From: Ignicoccus pacificus DSM 13166
GTDB lineage: Archaea > Thermoproteota > Thermoprotei_A > Sulfolobales > Ignicoccaceae
DNA: 32,000 nt
Assembly: GCA_025340205.1 (NCBI GenBank)
Contig: CP006868.1
Location: 540,001-572,000, forward strand
Reading direction: 5' to 3'
The translations under genes were made by a program, and so were the position numbers. Below are positions 18,406 through 27,700 of this stretch, piece after piece (the stretch's first letter is position 1; each line of letters opens with the position of its first letter). Under the pieces are notes generated by a model. That model worked only from the letters and a program-made list of their open reading frames with translations. It did no database searches and had not been told where the DNA came from.

Positions 18406-19374
18406 TTGTCCGAGCCGTCAAGGGCCCGTTTCTTAGGGAGGGTGAGCACAGCGAAGCGTATGATTTTAACGACTGATGTCCCATTTACTCCCGAGGGAAC
18501 GCTCATGTTGTACGGTACGTTCTTTCCGATCGGTATCGTAGCTATGCTCCTAGGCATGGCCAACAACGGCTTCTTGGCCATAAATGCCAACACCGCCTTC
18601 CTCCTAAACGCCACCACCGGGGCTTACACTCAGCTAGCCCTGCCCGGCAACGCCCTCTGCGCCGTGCCTTACGAGGGCATGGCACTAGTGGGCGTTCAGA
18701 ACGGCCAGCAGACTACCTTCCTGCTGGTCAGCGCCGACGGCAAGACTGCCCCGGTGAAGGGCGCAGTTGAGGGGAAGGTCCTAAGCTGTAGCGCCTATGG
18801 AGACTTGCTAGCCGTAAGCTACAAGGTAGGCAACGAGGTCAAGGTAGCGATTTACGCCATCGGTAAGGGAGGTACCAGCTTGGAGAAGACCATAGACCTA
18901 CCTGCCGTCAAGGGTGCCGATATGGTCCTCCTAGGACCCACCTACACCGCCGTCTACGGAGACTCCGGAATGTACGTCTACAAGGCCGGCAAGCCCGTAC
19001 AAGTGTGCAGCAAGCCCGTCGCCAAGGCTAGGGCCTATGGCGACATGGCTCTACTAGTGCTCAAGGGCGCCAACACTGTGATACTAATGGACGTACCCAA
19101 GGACGAGAAGGTCATAGTGTTAACTCCCAAGGAGGGAACCGTCACCGATGCTCTACTAATAGAGAACGCTGGCCCCAACAGCGCCATCCTAGTAGGTCTC
19201 AAGAACTCCGCCAAGGGACTAGTCCTATATAGAGGAAACTCCGAGGTCATGTCTGTAGGCGTCCAGAACGTCTGCTCCCTAGCTGCTAACGCTAACTTCG
19301 TGGGTGCCACCACCAAGGATCCCAACCTAGGAAACGGCGTGGCCGTAGTGCCTCTAGCTTGGTTCATGAAGTAA
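18406..19374 (+). CDS. membrane-anchored or secreted beta-propeller-like surface protein; start more likely ATG 18460
   Basis: Hydrophobic N-terminal helix after MILTTDVPFTPEGTLMLYG, then repetitive beta-strand-rich segments. Confidence 0.7.
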   Translation: MSEPSRARFLGRVSTAKRMILTTDVPFTPEGTLMLYGTFFPIGIVAMLLGMANNGFLAINANTAFLLNATTGAYTQLALPGNALCAVPYEGMALVGVQNGQQTTFLLVSADGKTAPVKGAVEGKVLSCSAYGDLLAVSYKVGNEVKVAIYAIGKGGTSLEKTIDLPAVKGADMVLLGPTYTAVYGDSGMYVYKAGKPVQVCSKPVAKARAYGDMALLVLKGANTVILMDVPKDEKVIVLTPKEGTVTDALLIENAGPNSAILVGLKNSAKGLVLYRGNSEVMSVGVQNVCSLAANANFVGATTKDPNLGNGVAVVPLAWFMK

Positions 19375-19381
19375 TGATTTT

Positions 19382-20281
19382 TTGAAATCCCCTCCTAGAT
19401 CCATAAAAACTTCTTTCCTGTCCCCCCAAAGGGTCTTGATCGTGTTCTCGGAACCTCTAGCCTTTGGAGGAGAGAAAAGGGAAGATTCTCCATTCGCAGT
19501 ACTCGGCTTTCCCTTTGAAGGGACAGCATCTTTTCGAGGAGGTACCTCAGAGGGGCCCAACGCCATAAGGCATGCCTCCAAGTACATTGAATTCTTAGCG
19601 AACTACGTCCATTTCAACATGGATTACGTGCTTTACGATGACCTAGGTGACGTTCCGACCTCCCCGGGAATGGTAAGGGAAAGCTTGAACAACTTGGAGG
19701 TGGCCCTTCAAGGAATAGAGAAGATACCGATAATCTTAGGCGGAGAACATACCTTAAGCTACTCCGCGGTGAAGGTGCTCGAGCCCGATTGCTTGCTCGT
19801 CTTCGACGCTCACTTGGACTTGAGAGATGAGTACTTGGGTAACGCTTGGAGCCACGCGTGCTGGCTAAGGAGGCTGTTGGAGGAAAGGAAGGTCAAAACT
19901 ATGGTTTACGGAGCTAGAGGATTCGCCGACGAGGAGGTAGAGTTCGCCAAGGGGAGAGTTGCGTTAGGAAAAAGGATAGGGGACGTGAGCAGGTGGATTA
20001 AGGGTTGCAAAGACGTTTACATAAGCGTGGACGTGGACGTCTTCGATCCCTCCCTGACTCCCGGAGTGGGCAACCCGGAACCCTTGGGGATAAGCTTTGA
20101 TGAGTTCCTAAAAGCAGTGGCCGAAGCGCTCTTCAAGGTTCCGCTAAAGGGAATGGATGTTGTGGAGGTCAGCCCTCCCTATGATCCCTCCGGGATTACA
20201 GCTGTACTAGCGACAAAGGTAGTGGTGGAAACTACAGCCATGCATTACGTGACTTGGGAAAAAAGAAAGCTTACTTCTTAG
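19382..20281 (+). CDS. speB: arginase/agmatinase-family ureohydrolase; true start probably about 19434-19443
   Basis: [31 protein letters not shown] metal-binding motifs. Exact substrate not determinable. Confidence 0.88.
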   Translation: MKSPPRSIKTSFLSPQRVLIVFSEPLAFGGEKREDSPFAVLGFPFEGTASFRGGTSEGPNAIRHASKYIEFLANYVHFNMDYVLYDDLGDVPTSPGMVRESLNNLEVALQGIEKIPIILGGEHTLSYSAVKVLEPDCLLVFDAHLDLRDEYLGNAWSHACWLRRLLEERKVKTMVYGARGFADEEVEFAKGRVALGKRIGDVSRWIKGCKDVYISVDVDVFDPSLTPGVGNPEPLGISFDEFLKAVAEALFKVPLKGMDVVEVSPPYDPSGITAVLATKVVVETTAMHYVTWEKRKLTS

Positions 20282-21260
20282 CCTCCTTCTTGTTTTGATC
20301 AAGCTCCAAAAGCTTTACCAGCTCCTTGTATCTGTTCCTGACGGTCACCTCAGTTACTCCAGCCACTTGAGCTATCTCCTTCTGAGTTCTCCTCTCTCCC
20401 TTCTGCATAACAGCGATGTAAATGGCTGCGGCAGCTATTCCCGCAGGATCCTTTCCGGCTGTTATCGTTGTACCCTTAACCTTCTTCATTATATTAATGG
20501 CCTCAGCTATGATATCTCCTCTCAGACCGAGGGCTTGTCCTATTCTGGGAATATGATCTATAGGATCGGCTATGGGGATGTTTAGCTTGAGTTCCTTCAA
20601 CAAGAGCCTATAGCACCTAGCCATATCCTTTCTATTGACGTGGAGCTTCTTGGATATCTCATCCAAGGTTCTAGGCTGGTGATGTATTCTGCAAGCGGCG
20701 TAGATCACCGCCGCCACCACAGATTCAATGCTCCTACCTCTTACCAAGCCCTTCTCTACTGCCTTTCTATATATTACAGCTGCCTCCTCCTTTACTTGCT
20801 TGGGCAAGTTCAATATGTTTGCCATCTTATCCAATTCGTTCATAGCTATGGTGAGGTTCCTGTCCATTCCAGTCTGCATCCTAGTCCTCATCTGCCACTT
20901 ACGCCACCTGAGGACCTCCATCCTCCTCCTCATGTCCAGCCTTCTTCCGAGAGCGTCCCTGTCACGGTGATCTATTATTGTGGAAATTCCTTGGTCGTGG
21001 AGGGTTGGGGACAGAGGAGCTCCCGTCCTACCCCTTCTCTCCCTCTCCTCAGGAGTGAACGCTCTCCACTCAGGGCCTTGATCTATGTATTTATCCATTA
21101 CAACTGCTCCACAGTTAGCACAAACGTACTCGCCGGTGTCTTCTTTAAATACTATCTCCGTGCTACCACACACGGGGCACCGGAGGGGCTTGCCGGACTC
21201 GCCGGAGGGCTGGGAGTCCAGCCTGAAGTCGGATCCGCTCTCCCCGCTCATGCCGCACAC
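20271..21260 (-). CDS. tfb: archaeal transcription initiation factor B (TFIIB homologue)
   Basis: Zn ribbon [25 protein letters not shown]-reader/linker, two cyclin-like repeats, [15 protein letters not shown]. Confidence 0.96.
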   Translation of the reverse strand: MCGMSGESGSDFRLDSQPSGESGKPLRCPVCGSTEIVFKEDTGEYVCANCGAVVMDKYIDQGPEWRAFTPEERERRGRTGAPLSPTLHDQGISTIIDHRDRDALGRRLDMRRRMEVLRWRKWQMRTRMQTGMDRNLTIAMNELDKMANILNLPKQVKEEAAVIYRKAVEKGLVRGRSIESVVAAVIYAACRIHHQPRTLDEISKKLHVNRKDMARCYRLLLKELKLNIPIADPIDHIPRIGQALGLRGDIIAEAINIMKKVKGTTITAGKDPAGIAAAAIYIAVMQKGERRTQKEIAQVAGVTEVTVRNRYKELVKLLELDQNKKEAKK

Positions 21261-21307
21261 ACCTCTAAAGTCTTGCAGAGTCTACCGTAAACTTTAGAAG
21301 GGGGTAA

Positions 21308-21322
21308 GGTTTATATATTTAA
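21308..21322 (-). promoter_or_regulatory. TATA box upstream of tfb
   Basis: Minus strand TTAAATATATAAACC about 50 nt upstream of the annotated start; near-symmetric, so could also serve the plus strand. Confidence 0.45.
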
Positions 21323-21503
21323 CAGTTCCGTTTCTCCTTCTCTATAGGAATCCATGAGAGAGCTTCGAGGATAGTACCGTTCTCCGAATCGTATGATTAC
21401 TAGAGGGGATAAAAGCTTACCACGAGTCTCCTCTTGCTCATCTGAGGGAGAGCTCACTACAACACTTTTACGACATTAATGATCCTTCCCAGCGGAGATA
21501 GCC

Positions 21504-22139
21504 ATGAAGAGGACTTACCTAGTGTTACTTCTAGCTCTCTTGCCACTAATGGCGCAGATGTGTGACTGCGGAGGCTACAAGCTCATGCAAGCGCAGCTCA
21601 AGCTCTACGAGCTCAGCGACGTAAGCGTTCCTCCGGGAACCTACACTCTCTTCGTAAACGCGACCGTCTACAGGACGATAAACGGCGCCACGAGCACTGC
21701 CTCCGTCACCGTCTACCACTATTACACCGCTACTGTCTACATATCTTCAACCACCTTTAGCATAATCAACAGCACCGACTCTGCTACCGCTGACGGGAAG
21801 GCCATGATTGGAAAGTTAGGCTTCCCTGTAACCATAACCATGACAAACATCATAGACGGTCAGCTCGTTAGCAACAACACCACCTACAACGCCACTCTGT
21901 CCACCGTACACACTAGAACTATCCCGGCCGCCATGATGCTACCGACCACCACAGTCACCAACGCCACCAGCACCGAGGAGTTGGAGCTCACCTTCACCTC
22001 CGGAGCCTTTACCGCTGCGGAAGCATACTTCCTGGAGACCTTCAGCGACTCCATAACCTTCAGCGGGCTAGGAATACCCGGCGTCGCGCTGTTAGCGATA
22101 ATAGGAGGAGCTCTGGTCAGCTTATTCCGCAGGAAGTAA
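21504..22139 (+). CDS. secreted, C-terminally membrane-anchored surface protein (211 aa)
   Basis: Signal peptide MKRTYLVLLLALLPLMAQMCDCGG, many Asn-X-Thr/Ser sites, C-terminal GIPGVALLAIIGGALVSLFRRK. Confidence 0.8.
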   Translation: MKRTYLVLLLALLPLMAQMCDCGGYKLMQAQLKLYELSDVSVPPGTYTLFVNATVYRTINGATSTASVTVYHYYTATVYISSTTFSIINSTDSATADGKAMIGKLGFPVTITMTNIIDGQLVSNNTTYNATLSTVHTRTIPAAMMLPTTTVTNATSTEELELTFTSGAFTAAEAYFLETFSDSITFSGLGIPGVALLAIIGGALVSLFRRK

Positions 22140-22170
22140 GTTTACGAATGACGTAAAGTTTCAGCTCAAA

Positions 22171-22521
22171 ATGTTTTTATTAAAGGATCTATGGGTCTTA
22201 TCCTTGTTCATAATAGCTGACATCAACATGATAGGTTTTGGTAGGTGGTTGAGGAAGAGGCTCCGCTACATCGCTCCCTCAATGAATGTAATTGAATGTT
22301 ACAATCTCATTAAAGAATGTAATGATGAGGACTTGATCTACTTGGCCTACTCTGAAGGGGCGCTAGTGCTTACTTGGGATCGCGACTTCCCGGATGAGGT
22401 AGCCCTGAGGCCTCCTGAGAGGTTCAGAGGAAGGAAGTACTATTACAAGCACTTGTGGGGATGGTTCTGGAAAGAGTTAAAAAGGAGGAAGGTAAAGGTT
22501 CCTATATACAACATGGTATGA
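22171..22521 (+). CDS. PIN-like / Mut7-C (DUF5615-like) putative RNase; start may be downstream of 22171
   Basis: FIIADINMIGFGRWLRKRLRYI...NDEDLIYLAYSEGALVLTWDRDFP resembles the Mut7-C pattern of an N-terminal Asp and a D-x-D-F motif. Confidence 0.5.
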   Translation: MFLLKDLWVLSLFIIADINMIGFGRWLRKRLRYIAPSMNVIECYNLIKECNDEDLIYLAYSEGALVLTWDRDFPDEVALRPPERFRGRKYYYKHLWGWFWKELKRRKVKVPIYNMV

Positions 22522-22579
22522 GTTTTCTTACCGGTAAGACAAAGCCTATTGAACTACTGGGTCTCTGAGGAGCTGGAGA

Positions 22580-23761
22580 GTGTTAGGAATGCTGAACGAG
22601 CTATTCGCAGCGACCCTAGCGAGAGCGACCGTTCCTTATGTGAGGAAGAGGGTTCTCGGTTGGTTGAGGGAACTCGAGTCGTCCGAGCCCTCCCCTCCCT
22701 CGTTGCCTAACAGGCCTCTCTCCTTATACCTTCACGTTCCCTTTTGTACCAATCTCTGTAAGTTCTGTCACTTCGTGAGATATCCATTCGAAGAAGAAAA
22801 GGCTAGGAAATACTTCAGAAAGCTGATAAACGACGTCTACAGTGCCTATGGAAATGACGTGGAGGTAAAGGAGGTCTACATAGGAGGTGGTTCTCCCTCG
22901 TGCCTTCCAGACATGCTAGGTGAGCTCGTAGACGTCCTTTGGGATCTCTGGAAGCCTGAGATCTCTCTGGAGGTGAACCCTAAGGACGTTGTCCATAGAG
23001 ACGCCTTGGATTACCTCGACAGCAACAAGGTGAGGAGGATTAGCATGGGAGTACAGAGCTTCTTCGAGGAGAGACTGAGGGAGCTTGGAAGGCCTGTGAG
23101 CGAGGAGGAGAACTGGGAAGCCATACAGCTCATTAAGGAGAAGAACTTCCACACCTTTAACATAGACTTGATCTGGGGAGTTAATGATATGAAGGAAGAA
23201 CTGGAGAAGGCCTTCGCTTGTGGAGCTAACCAAATAACCTTCTATCCACTAATGCCCTTTCCAGCTAAGGGAATTACTGGAGAGCTCAAGGGATTCAAGG
23301 TGTACCAACAAATAGTGAGGGAGGCGGAGAAAAACGGATTCTGCAGGGCCAACGCTTGGACCTTTTCCAAGGGTAAATCGATGGTAGATGAATACATAAG
23401 CGAGTGCAGCGACTTCCTAGGCTTGGGGGTCAGCTCGTTCAGCTTGATCAATGGAGTTAGTCACGTGAACACGTTCAGCATAGATAAGTACTTAGAGAGC
23501 AAAGACTGGTTCCCTAATGAACACTCCCTCAAGCTCTCCAGAAAGGACTTGGACGGCTTTAGAAAGGCATTCGCCTTGCATTCCAACCCCAAGTATCTGG
23601 GCTTGAGAGGGGAATCCTTCTGGTATCTAGGAGTAATTGTTCTAAGAGAAATGTACACGATCTTGGGAGAGTACAGGAAGATGAAGATGGCTGCTGCAAC
23701 TTCCGAGAACAGAAATGATAGGACAGTGGCAGAGACACTAAAGAAATTACAGCAACCTTAG
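22580..23761 (+). CDS. radical SAM protein, HemN/HemW-like
   Basis: LYLHVPFCTNLCKFCHF (CxxxCxxC), VYIGGGSPSCL, RISMGVQSF, HTFNIDLIWG. Confidence 0.88.
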   Translation: MLGMLNELFAATLARATVPYVRKRVLGWLRELESSEPSPPSLPNRPLSLYLHVPFCTNLCKFCHFVRYPFEEEKARKYFRKLINDVYSAYGNDVEVKEVYIGGGSPSCLPDMLGELVDVLWDLWKPEISLEVNPKDVVHRDALDYLDSNKVRRISMGVQSFFEERLRELGRPVSEEENWEAIQLIKEKNFHTFNIDLIWGVNDMKEELEKAFACGANQITFYPLMPFPAKGITGELKGFKVYQQIVREAEKNGFCRANAWTFSKGKSMVDEYISECSDFLGLGVSSFSLINGVSHVNTFSIDKYLESKDWFPNEHSLKLSRKDLDGFRKAFALHSNPKYLGLRGESFWYLGVIVLREMYTILGEYRKMKMAAATSENRNDRTVAETLKKLQQP

Positions 23762-23798
23762 ATTTCTTATAAATAACATTATCGAACATATAACGTTT

Positions 23799-23808
23799 GG
23801 TTTATACT
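23799..23808 (+). promoter_or_regulatory. putative TATA box for 23843 gene
   Basis: GGTTTATACT about 35-40 nt upstream of ATG 23843. Confidence 0.35.
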
Positions 23809-23842
23809 CTTACTAACCTTAGTCCCTAAGGGTACCAAGGAT

Positions 23843-24472
23843 ATGAAAAGCAAGAACAAACAATGTCTTGTATGTGTCTCTGATACATGCTATGTTGGTG
23901 AATCAAAGAACGGATCTTGTATCGTGTTTCTAAAATTACAGCATGCAAGATATCTTAAGTGTCGTTGCTATGGAGAGACCTCTTATTCTAGGAAAATAAA
24001 CCTCTACCTCTACTTACCTCTTACACCTATTTATGAAACGTCTTTAGATGAAGCATTAAGTGTGACCTCATACAACGCTAAGAAAGTAAAGTCGAACGTA
24101 GTGGCATGTCTTAAAGAGATCATTCTTGAAGAACTTAGTGTGGATTGCAATTTTTGTCTTGACTATAACAAAAAGGCAATAGAAGCTCTACTTGTCTCCA
24201 AAGAGTTTGAAGAAGGATGCTTTAACGAAGACATAAGAGATATTGTCTACAAGACTATAGGTCATTATGTGAAGCTATCAATGCCATTTATCATTCACTC
24301 AGAACAATTCTCTCGAGATAAAGAGACAGGGGGTATTATACCATCGATCTTTTTTTCTAATTTATTAAATGTATATCTGAATCTTCCCTCGATGTCGCTT
24401 GGAACATTAGACGGTATAATAATAATTCCATTCACTGAAGCACTGTTACGTTGGATTATTTCTCCTAAATAG
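23843..24472 (+). CDS. unknown protein, Cys-rich (209 aa)
   Basis: Uninterrupted ORF in an AT-richer block; cysteine-containing N-terminal region (CLVCVSDTC...C...CRC). Confidence 0.65.
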   Translation: MKSKNKQCLVCVSDTCYVGESKNGSCIVFLKLQHARYLKCRCYGETSYSRKINLYLYLPLTPIYETSLDEALSVTSYNAKKVKSNVVACLKEIILEELSVDCNFCLDYNKKAIEALLVSKEFEEGCFNEDIRDIVYKTIGHYVKLSMPFIIHSEQFSRDKETGGIIPSIFFSNLLNVYLNLPSMSLGTLDGIIIIPFTEALLRWIISPK

Positions 24473-24488
24473 TACTTGGGCGATAAAG

Positions 24489-25433
24489 GTGAGAAGTATG
24501 CCCCAAAGAGCTAACAAAATCAAATACTATAGGGAGGTTCTTCTTCTTGGTAGCCATCGAAGATTTATTGGAATTCCAGGACTTTATGATCTTTTTGATA
24601 TAATTCTCAATAGAACTAGAGACATCTTGTTAGAAGATATCGGAACTGGAGGCCTTAGATCTCTAGCTAATGACATCATTCAAGTCAGAGGAAACGTAAA
24701 CGCACGGCTACGTCGACAACGATCTCTATTCAAACTATATTTTGATGTCGATATTAATCAATTGATTGCTGGGCCAGCAGTAGCCTTCGATTATGATACT
24801 GTGGAAAGAAACTTCTATATCCATACTATCTTGGGTTTTAGAACGATAAAGGCGCTCCTCTTAACACAAAATCCGATATTAAATGTTGCCGGGTCGATGT
24901 CTATACTAGCGTGGCTTGGTATTATATTAGACCTGCCCGGCTCTTGTTCTGGTCACTTGATAGAAGCTAAACTAGCTCATGATTTAGAGGTACCACACAT
25001 TTACATTCGTGAAGCAATTCGAAGAGTAAGGAGAGATTACAATACTGAAGAATATTATATTACCTTCTTTGACATGCCCGGCGTATGTTTTATTGCCTCT
25101 CTGCTTAAACATGAAGAAATAGAAGATTTGTGTAGTGGTATAGTCCAAATGAGTAGGGGGCTGATAGAAATAGTCCCCTATCCGCACGAAAGTATAGTGA
25201 TCAGAGGTACCACAGCAATGTTGAATGACCTTAGTGGAGCTAGGTTTATAACATTAGCCTTACCGAGCACACTAAGAGGTTTCATTGACCAAGTAATTCG
25301 TAAACCTACACTCTTAGAAATAGAGAATCAGCAAGGAAACCGAGCTATAGAGAGACTCTCGCTGTGCATGGCTTGTGCCCTAAAGGTACTTGCCGAGCAG
25401 ATAAGACGGATACCATTAGCATCCATAGAGTAG
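24489..25433 (+). CDS. unknown protein (314 aa), likely co-transcribed with the preceding ORF
   Basis: Long ORF starting 16 nt after the previous stop; preceded by purine-rich AAAGGTGAG ribosome-binding-like sequence. Confidence 0.7.
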   Translation: MRSMPQRANKIKYYREVLLLGSHRRFIGIPGLYDLFDIILNRTRDILLEDIGTGGLRSLANDIIQVRGNVNARLRRQRSLFKLYFDVDINQLIAGPAVAFDYDTVERNFYIHTILGFRTIKALLLTQNPILNVAGSMSILAWLGIILDLPGSCSGHLIEAKLAHDLEVPHIYIREAIRRVRRDYNTEEYYITFFDMPGVCFIASLLKHEEIEDLCSGIVQMSRGLIEIVPYPHESIVIRGTTAMLNDLSGARFITLALPSTLRGFIDQVIRKPTLLEIENQQGNRAIERLSLCMACALKVLAEQIRRIPLASIE

Positions 25434-25565
25434 ATTAGCAAAGCTCTCTTGTTTCTAATACCTAAATCAAACATACATGGTACTTCTCACATTGTAATCA
25501 TTGTAATACCCCACGTGAGTGACCTTATTAATAGCCCCTTAGGTCACCCTTGACCGGGGAGAAAC

Positions 25566-25775
25566 ATGCCGCGCAAGAGGAAGCTGTACAAGATATTGAC
25601 TCCAGAGCCCAGATCCAGGTTCATTAAGGTAAGGTGTCCCACGTGTGGAAACGAGCAAGTAGTGTTCTCCCATGCCACCTACCCGGCCAGCTGCCTCATG
25701 TGTGGAACCAAGCTGGTGGAGCCTACCGGAGGAAAGGCTAGGATCCTAGGAGAGCTAGTGAAGATCCTAGAGTGA
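25566..25775 (+). CDS. rps27e: 30S ribosomal protein S27e
   Basis: [42 protein letters not shown] with the S27e C4 zinc motif. Confidence 0.95.
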   Translation: MPRKRKLYKILTPEPRSRFIKVRCPTCGNEQVVFSHATYPASCLMCGTKLVEPTGGKARILGELVKILE

Positions 25776-25785
25776 GTTTTTATTT

Positions 25786-27121
25786 ATGAGAAATCAAGAG
25801 TTCATCTTAATTACACGGTTCAAGCACAACAAAGCGAAAGTGATCCTGATAAAGGTTCCTTCCCTGTCTACCGTTGGGAGTTTTCTTGAGAACACGCTTC
25901 GCTAGATATTGGGGAAAGAAAGATGATGTGGATTTCCTCTTTAATGTAATAAAGGTAAAAGGGAAGAGCGTTATGGATCCCTTCGGTGGATCCGGTTCCT
26001 TGTTGTTCCTCGCCTCCAAGTTCGGTGCTTCCAAGACAATTTATGTAGATATTAACCCTTATGCCCATTATTTGGCAAGGTCCCTCCTCGTTAAATCGAA
26101 AACAAACGGAGTAGTAACGTTCATTGACTCCTTGGGCTCTCTTATACCTTATGTTAAAAATTCCCGTAAAGTAGAAGCAGAAGTCGGGGAGATCTACCCC
26201 TCAGACCCCCTCTACTGGGAGGACGACGAATGCTACCTGGATCGATCTAAGAGGGAGCGATGCTCCCCATTCGAAGGTGAACCGCTCTTCTGGTACCCCA
26301 CTTACCCGCTTCGATATGCCGACGGTACGCCTTTCCAAAAAAGGAGACAAGTGGAGAGAGTGGATCAGTTCTTCAGTAAGAGGGCCTTGATCGTGCTCTC
26401 TTATCTCTTTCATAAGATATCAGAGATAGGAGAAGATGGAAGAGTGCTACTCATATCCGCATTTCTGTCTTCTCTTTATCAGTCAAGCTTAATGGCTCGA
26501 GCGAACGGAGGCAGCTGGCCCGTTCAATGCTACTGGATACCAAGGAAACACATCGAGAGAAATCCTCTTAGGGTGTTCCTAAGGAAGCTTAAGATCGTTA
26601 CAAACGTTAACTCCGAAGCTCCCTTCGAAGAAGCCAAGAGTTTTGATGAATGGGATGAAGGAAAGGCGCTGCTCATCTGGAACGATGCCTTAAACGTACT
26701 GAAGGGTCTCGAGGAAGGAACGGTGGACGTCATAATCACGGATCCCCCGCACTTCGACGAAATCCAGTACTTGGAACTTAGCTTCTTGATGAACTCTTGG
26801 ATATGTTCCAAGGAGTGTTTAGAGAAGTTATTTGAGGAGGAAATAGTGGTGAACTACAAGAGGAAAAGAAGGCTTCATGATTACCTAAGAGCATTAGAGA
26901 ATCTTGGAGGACTAATAAGGGAAAAGGGAATAAGGAAATCCGTCTTTCTTTTACATGAAGAAAAAGAAGAGGTGCTAGAATCTATGATAGATGCTCTCTC
27001 GAGAGATCTAAAGATTGAGAAAGACATCACCATCGTCGCTTCGAAGCAAAGGAAAGTGGGGGCGAGGGTAAAAGGAGTGGAAGGTAGGACCTATAAGGTT
27101 GTAGTTCTCAGCGGGGGTTAA
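25786..27121 (+). CDS. DNA methyltransferase (DUF1156-like); tracked ORF is 25874-27121 with TTG start, upstream 25786-25905 looks like its N-terminus in another frame
   Basis: Motif I VMDPFGGSGSLLFLASKFG, motif IV DVIITDPPHFDEIQYLELSFL, central YPTYPLRYADGTPFQKRRQVERVDQFFSKRAL. Confidence 0.8.
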
Positions 27122-27124
27122 AGC

Positions 27125-27697
27125 GTGTCAGATGCTCACAATCTTCCAAAAGGAGTTAAAGCGGCAACAAGATCGTTCATAACCAGTTGTCCTCAATTCA
27201 AACCCCAGAAGAACTTCGCTGGAAAACACAACAAACTAGTAAAGAAACTGAAGGATAAATTAGCATCATGTGGCTTTGTATGTGAAACCGAAAGTTCGAT
27301 TAAAATCGAAGGTAGAGCTGGAAGAATCGACCTAAGTTGTGAAAGAGGTCATAACCTATACGTTATTGAAGTAAAAGGATTCGAACGTAGGGATCCTCAG
27401 CTTTTTCATCTAACTGACATACTTCAGCTAACGTCCTACGCGCTAGCGCTGAATAAGAAAAGAGATGTCATTAAAGCGATATTGCTCTACCGTGACGATG
27501 TGGAACATTTACTAAAATTAGATAACCCAAGTAAATGTTCCGCATTTCTCGAAAAGCGCGCTATAAGGTATGAAGATTATAAGGAACTAGTTGAAGAACT
27601 GCTCAACGCACCTATACCTTGGGGGAGGATAATAGGACCCTATTGTCTCTATTGTGTCAACTACGATCGTTGCTTCAACCTCTCTCAGGGGGGTTAA
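27125..27697 (+). CDS. Cas4-like / PD-(D/E)XK nuclease
   Basis: GRIDL...LYVIEVKGF (D...ExK), QLTSYALAL (QxxxY), C-terminal CLYCVNYDRC; GTG start after GGGGGTTAA. Confidence 0.78.
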   Translation: MSDAHNLPKGVKAATRSFITSCPQFKPQKNFAGKHNKLVKKLKDKLASCGFVCETESSIKIEGRAGRIDLSCERGHNLYVIEVKGFERRDPQLFHLTDILQLTSYALALNKKRDVIKAILLYRDDVEHLLKLDNPSKCSAFLEKRAIRYEDYKELVEELLNAPIPWGRIIGPYCLYCVNYDRCFNLSQGG

Positions 27698-27700
27698 CTC

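Noticed and set aside
19640-20281. Linking speE and speB as a polyamine operon
   Set aside because: They are several genes apart with intervening genes on the opposite strand; same pathway but no operon evidence.
26201-26811. Minus-strand ORFs within the methyltransferase gene
   Set aside because: Shadow ORFs of the opposite strand; no motifs and low plausibility.
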